Shown in pieces: positions 60,728 to 64,000 of a stretch of DNA of 64,000 nt. Position 1 is the stretch's first letter; each line of letters begins with the position of its first letter. The DNA comes from a virus. The stretch lies in the UHGV virus genome UHGV-1370579; one strand, written 5' to 3'. The notes beneath the pieces are model-generated. The model was not told the DNA's origin. It saw only the letters and a list, made by a program, of their open reading frames with translations, and did no database searches. A program made the position numbers and the translations under genes.

Positions 60728-61185
60728 CAGCACTACAACAACTACAGAATTATTGGTTTGATAACCAATTTAACGATCTCTTCATCCAGTTATTTGTCGA
60801 AACGAATGGACGCTTCAATTACCGATTCTTTAATAAGTTTCATGAAACAAAGTTCTCACATACAGAAATTAATGCAGCGATTCAAGACTTAACAGGTTCT
60901 AAAGTAATTCAATATCGCGAAGTAGACTTTACACCAGATTGTTTTGGATTTGAATTGTTTAAGAAAGCGTATAAATTTGGTAAGTTTGAAGATGCTCGTC
61001 AATGGGTTCACGATTTTTGGTATAACACCGATATTGTTCCTAGTCGCGTGCTGATTCTTAACTGGATTGCTAAGCAACATCCACCTAAAACGCAATCATC
61101 CTTCTTACCCACAGATACAGGAAACCTCTACCATGACAGAAAAGAAAAATCCATTATTGGAGCAGATGAAGGAGTGGGAGAGTAA
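60724..61185 (+). CDS. hypothetical protein
   Basis: This is a 153-aa ORF. Confidence 0.45.
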   Translation: MTALQQLQNYWFDNQFNDLFIQLFVETNGRFNYRFFNKFHETKFSHTEINAAIQDLTGSKVIQYREVDFTPDCFGFELFKKAYKFGKFEDARQWVHDFWYNTDIVPSRVLILNWIAKQHPPKTQSSFLPTDTGNLYHDRKEKSIIGADEGVGE

Positions 61186-61504
61186 TATTGAAACTGGTCT
61201 AATAGACGGTGAAGATATTGTTAACTCCATGCTAGAAGTAACAGTAGATAATATTAATCCTATTTTGGCTGGAGAAACCTCAGATCTTATAGGACTCTCT
61301 AGCACATTTGATTCTTTGGCTAAATTAGCTTTAGACGATGAAGAGATAACCAAAGAAGATCTCGCTACAGCTATGAATATGGCTATTAATGCTTACATCA
61401 GTAAACGTACTGATGAACTTGGTAAACAGATCAATAAGCGTGATACTACGCTAGGTCTTATGGAAATGGCCACTATGTTAAGAAGTGGTAAACAACTTCA
61501 TTAA
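61133..61504 (+). CDS. hypothetical acidic protein
   Basis: I chose an internal Met, MTEKKNPLLEQ. The track ORF starts at 61067 but overlaps the previous gene. Confidence 0.4.
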   Translation: MTEKKNPLLEQMKEWESNIETGLIDGEDIVNSMLEVTVDNINPILAGETSDLIGLSSTFDSLAKLALDDEEITKEDLATAMNMAINAYISKRTDELGKQINKRDTTLGLMEMATMLRSGKQLH

Positions 61505-61512
61505 TTTTAGGA

Positions 61513-61547
61513 GGCCAGGACTTAATTGTTCTGGCCTTTTATGTTTT
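61513..61547 (+). terminator. rho-independent terminator
   Basis: The stem ggccag/ctggcc is followed by TTTTATGTTTT. Confidence 0.6.
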
Positions 61548-61560
61548 CAAGGAACTTCAA

Positions 61561-61764
61561 ATGCAAGTATATGTCCTTACTAGAGATATAAATGAATATA
61601 ATCAGGATGGTGAGTATTTTGTAAAAGTATTCGCTGAAAAGCCAAGTAAACAACAATTATTAGATGCTGGAGTACCGGAAGACCAGGCTAAGTGTTTACT
61701 ACAAGATAAAGAGTTTACTGGGGATGCTTACGAATGTTTCCACCTTAGTTGTGAGAGTATCTAA
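61561..61764 (+). CDS. hypothetical small protein
   Basis: This is a 67-aa ORF. Confidence 0.45.
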   Translation: MQVYVLTRDINEYNQDGEYFVKVFAEKPSKQQLLDAGVPEDQAKCLLQDKEFTGDAYECFHLSCESI

Positions 61765-61765
61765 T

Positions 61766-62212
61766 ATGAGAGAGAAAGTAAATGAACTATTAATCGAGGA
61801 AGCTAACAACTTTCCAATAAATAGGTTCATCAAATCGGATGGATCTATTAATAGAACTAAGATTAAGCAACTACACCCCGACTTTCAACAAGAAGCCTTA
61901 AACCTTATATTTATCAAGAAAGCTATTGCAGCTCATGGAGCTTTCTTCGGGTATGAGCGTGTAAATTATAAAACAATGCAGCAGCAAGTCGAGATCTATT
62001 GTCCAGACCACGATGGTTATTACTGGCAAACTGCTAGATCTCATTTAGAAGGGCATGGTTGTCGACTGTGTGCACACAAGGTTGTGCAGCGTGTCACGGA
62101 TTATGGAACTTATACCGTACCAGCATGTTACCATAAATTTGTAATTGACGATAATCATATAGTTTGGTATAATAAGTTTTCAAAGCTAAGAATGGAGATA
62201 AGTAGTGAGTAG
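61766..62212 (+). CDS. hypothetical protein
   Basis: The Met MREKVNELL follows the previous stop (TAATATG). The track start at 61664 overlaps the upstream gene. The product contains a HGCRLCAHK cluster. Confidence 0.45.
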   Translation: MREKVNELLIEEANNFPINRFIKSDGSINRTKIKQLHPDFQQEALNLIFIKKAIAAHGAFFGYERVNYKTMQQQVEIYCPDHDGYYWQTARSHLEGHGCRLCAHKVVQRVTDYGTYTVPACYHKFVIDDNHIVWYNKFSKLRMEISSE

Positions 62213-62495
62213 CTATATTGTATGGTCAAACCCACTAGCAGCACTTAGCAACAGACTGTTTAAAACAGAGTGGGGTAAAAACGAAATAGACTTAGGTAGT
62301 CGTCCAATACCAAACAAACATCCCTTAGTTCCAGAGCTGTATATGGTAGTGATAAATGGCGCGGAGTATTTGGTTGATAAATTTGACAGAAAACGTTTAC
62401 TAGAGGGTATCTACGATAATTCTACATCAATAAATGAATTAGTAGAACATGCCCAAATATATGATAAAAGCTGGATGTTAATATGGAGATCATAG
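62205..62495 (+). CDS. hypothetical protein
   Basis: This is a 96-aa ORF. Confidence 0.45.
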   Translation: MSSYIVWSNPLAALSNRLFKTEWGKNEIDLGSRPIPNKHPLVPELYMVVINGAEYLVDKFDRKRLLEGIYDNSTSINELVEHAQIYDKSWMLIWRS

Positions 62496-62716
62496 TAATT
62501 ATTTTAGCAGTTATGTTATTTATTGCAACATTTGTATCATTTGCTATTATACGCAGAGCTAGAGAACTAGCGGAAGATATAACAAAATTACGTGGTGAGT
62601 TAGCTGCTCTTAAATTACAGCGTGAGGCTTTAAAGTTGTTTGTAGCTCAAGGTAGCCTAGAACATACAACAGAAGACTTCATCACGTATCTCAAACGTTA
62701 CATGGGAATTAAATAA
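62483..62716 (+). CDS. small protein with an N-terminal TM helix and a coiled coil
   Basis: This is a 77-aa ORF. Confidence 0.45.
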   Translation: MEIIVIILAVMLFIATFVSFAIIRRARELAEDITKLRGELAALKLQREALKLFVAQGSLEHTTEDFITYLKRYMGIK

Positions 62717-62901
62717 TGGAAACTCTTTTTCTTTTAATGCTTGTAGGTTCCCTGCTAGTTATACTAGCACTTCTACTAATCTGTAATATTCTTAATAATA
62801 AGAATTTAGAGTTAAAGTGTGAAAACCAAATTCTTAATCGTGAACTTAAACAATATAATCTAGCAGCGAATAAGCTGTTAGACAAACTGGAGAATAAATA
62901 A
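62716..62901 (+). CDS. small protein with an N-terminal TM helix and a coiled coil
   Basis: This is a 61-aa ORF. Confidence 0.4.
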   Translation: METLFLLMLVGSLLVILALLLICNILNNKNLELKCENQILNRELKQYNLAANKLLDKLENK

Positions 62902-63455
62902 TGACTTTATATGCACAACAATCTATTCAAGTAGTACCAGATCATGAACTGAATACGTGGGATTATAGCTTTAAAGATTTAACTGCCACTGTACAATTCA
63001 AATCTATGAAGCTAACCTTTGCACACACTAGTATTAAAGCATGTAAAGATTTTGAAGGTAGGCTCAACAACGCTCGTAAGATTTTTGGCAAGGCTCGCAT
63101 TCCAGCTGACAACCTTATTAATGCATTAATAGATGCTGGTTATAAACTCGTGAAGACTGAGGTTAACCGTCCTAGTACTCCTGTGACTATTCGAGATCCG
63201 TGGCAGTCAGGGCCAATTACAATGTGGAACAGTCCTAAAATAACGTCGGATTTGCACAATGTTCCATGTGGTGGCGTTATAGAAAATAATTCCTCATATC
63301 GAGTTGGTGAAGATTATGGGCCTTCTGTACAGTTGAAACATACTCAAGAAGCTTTTGAATCTGATATGAAAAGCGTAGCACCGGGGGACTCTGGAGTTTT
63401 TAATAAGTCTGTTTATACTATTCCTATGAACAATCCTGTAAGAGTGGAAGTCTAG
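62901..63455 (+). CDS. hypothetical protein
   Basis: This is a 184-aa ORF. Confidence 0.5.
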   Translation: MTLYAQQSIQVVPDHELNTWDYSFKDLTATVQFKSMKLTFAHTSIKACKDFEGRLNNARKIFGKARIPADNLINALIDAGYKLVKTEVNRPSTPVTIRDPWQSGPITMWNSPKITSDLHNVPCGGVIENNSSYRVGEDYGPSVQLKHTQEAFESDMKSVAPGDSGVFNKSVYTIPMNNPVRVEV

Positions 63456-63590
63456 AAGATGCAATTATGGAAGCATTGGGAGATGCTCTTAATGAGAGTA
63501 AAAAGGATTAATAATTCCTAATACACGAGCCTCTACGGAGGCTCTAAAATAAAAAGAGGGTCATCCAGACCTTAAAAATGGGAGATAATA

Positions 63591-64000
63591 ATGTATAACT
63601 TTAAAGATAAACTAAGACAAAATGCTGGCAAAGGAAAGGCAAAGGAGAATAATAGTGTTCCTAATGCTAAAGTACTTCCGTTTCCTGAACTATCTCAAGA
63701 AGAAAAAGATAAGTTAGCATTTATGTTTGATGCCCTTCTAGGGCTAAATGGACGTTTATATTCCTCACTCAATATTAATGAGAAACGTCTAGTAGAGATG
63801 TTCTGTAAGCGTTATCAAGTTACTTCAAAGGGCAATTCCTACAAAGAAGGTGAAAAAGCATTCACAGTCTTAAAAATCAGTGCATATGCACATCGTTTCT
63901 TAGTTTATGGATTACAGATGGAATACTTCACCATTCCACCCTTTAAGTCATTTCACATTTTTGAAGATGAACGAATGAATATTGATGATCTCTATGGAGA
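63591..64000 (+). CDS. hypothetical protein, 5' part; the gene continues beyond the window
   Basis: The ATG follows the SD sequence gggagataat. The frame stays open to the window end: MYNFKDKLRQNAGKGKAKENN.... Confidence 0.4.
   Translation, partial: MYNFKDKLRQNAGKGKAKENNSVPNAKVLPFPELSQEEKDKLAFMFDALLGLNGRLYSSLNINEKRLVEMFCKRYQVTSKGNSYKEGEKAFTVLKISAYAHRFLVYGLQMEYFTIPPFKSFHIFEDERMNIDDLYG

Noticed and set aside
1-64000. A possible integrase, transposase, IS element or prophage att site, checked because of the many tRNA genes.
   Set aside because: No tyrosine or serine recombinase or transposase motifs occur in any ORF, and there are no long terminal inverted repeats. The tRNAs are phage-encoded cluster genes, not a host integration target. 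The overall gene content is that of a strictly lytic T5-like phage.

Overview
This window looks like a large segment of a T5-like virulent coliphage (Demerecviridae/Tequintavirus-like), shown in reverse orientation to the usual T5 map. Bases 1-22400 carry the minus-strand DNA replication module: an SbcD-like nuclease, an SF2 helicase, an 855-aa family A DNA polymerase, a primase, a DnaB-like helicase, a split NAD-dependent ligase (ligB/ligA), a 955-aa origin-binding-like ATPase, an HNH endonuclease, a Sir2-like protein and NrdD. Bases 22400-64000 carry a plus-strand early region with phoH, nrdA, nrdB, a DHFR-like gene, thymidylate synthase, RNase H, an SPFH protein, a cell-wall hydrolase, a tRNA cluster of about 25-30 genes interleaved with T5orf172/GIY-YIG-like ORFs, a GrcA-like glycyl-radical protein, a second HNH endonuclease, a dNMP kinase, a ClpP-like protease, holin, an L-Ala-D-Glu endolysin, a Ser/Thr phosphatase and many small membrane ORFs. 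The genome is punctuated by more than 30 copies of one stereotyped strong sigma70 promoter: an A-rich UP element, TTGCTA, 17 bp, TGTATAATA, then an ATAAATTGATGAGAGG box. The copy at 13539-13567 matches, from memory, the T5 PN25 promoter. I see no CRISPR array, integrase or transposase. The most unusual material is RNA-level: long ORF-free structured leaders and tRNA-like elements in the tRNA cluster, including long hairpins that overlap tRNA 5' ends, and a minus-strand island of low-complexity proteins.
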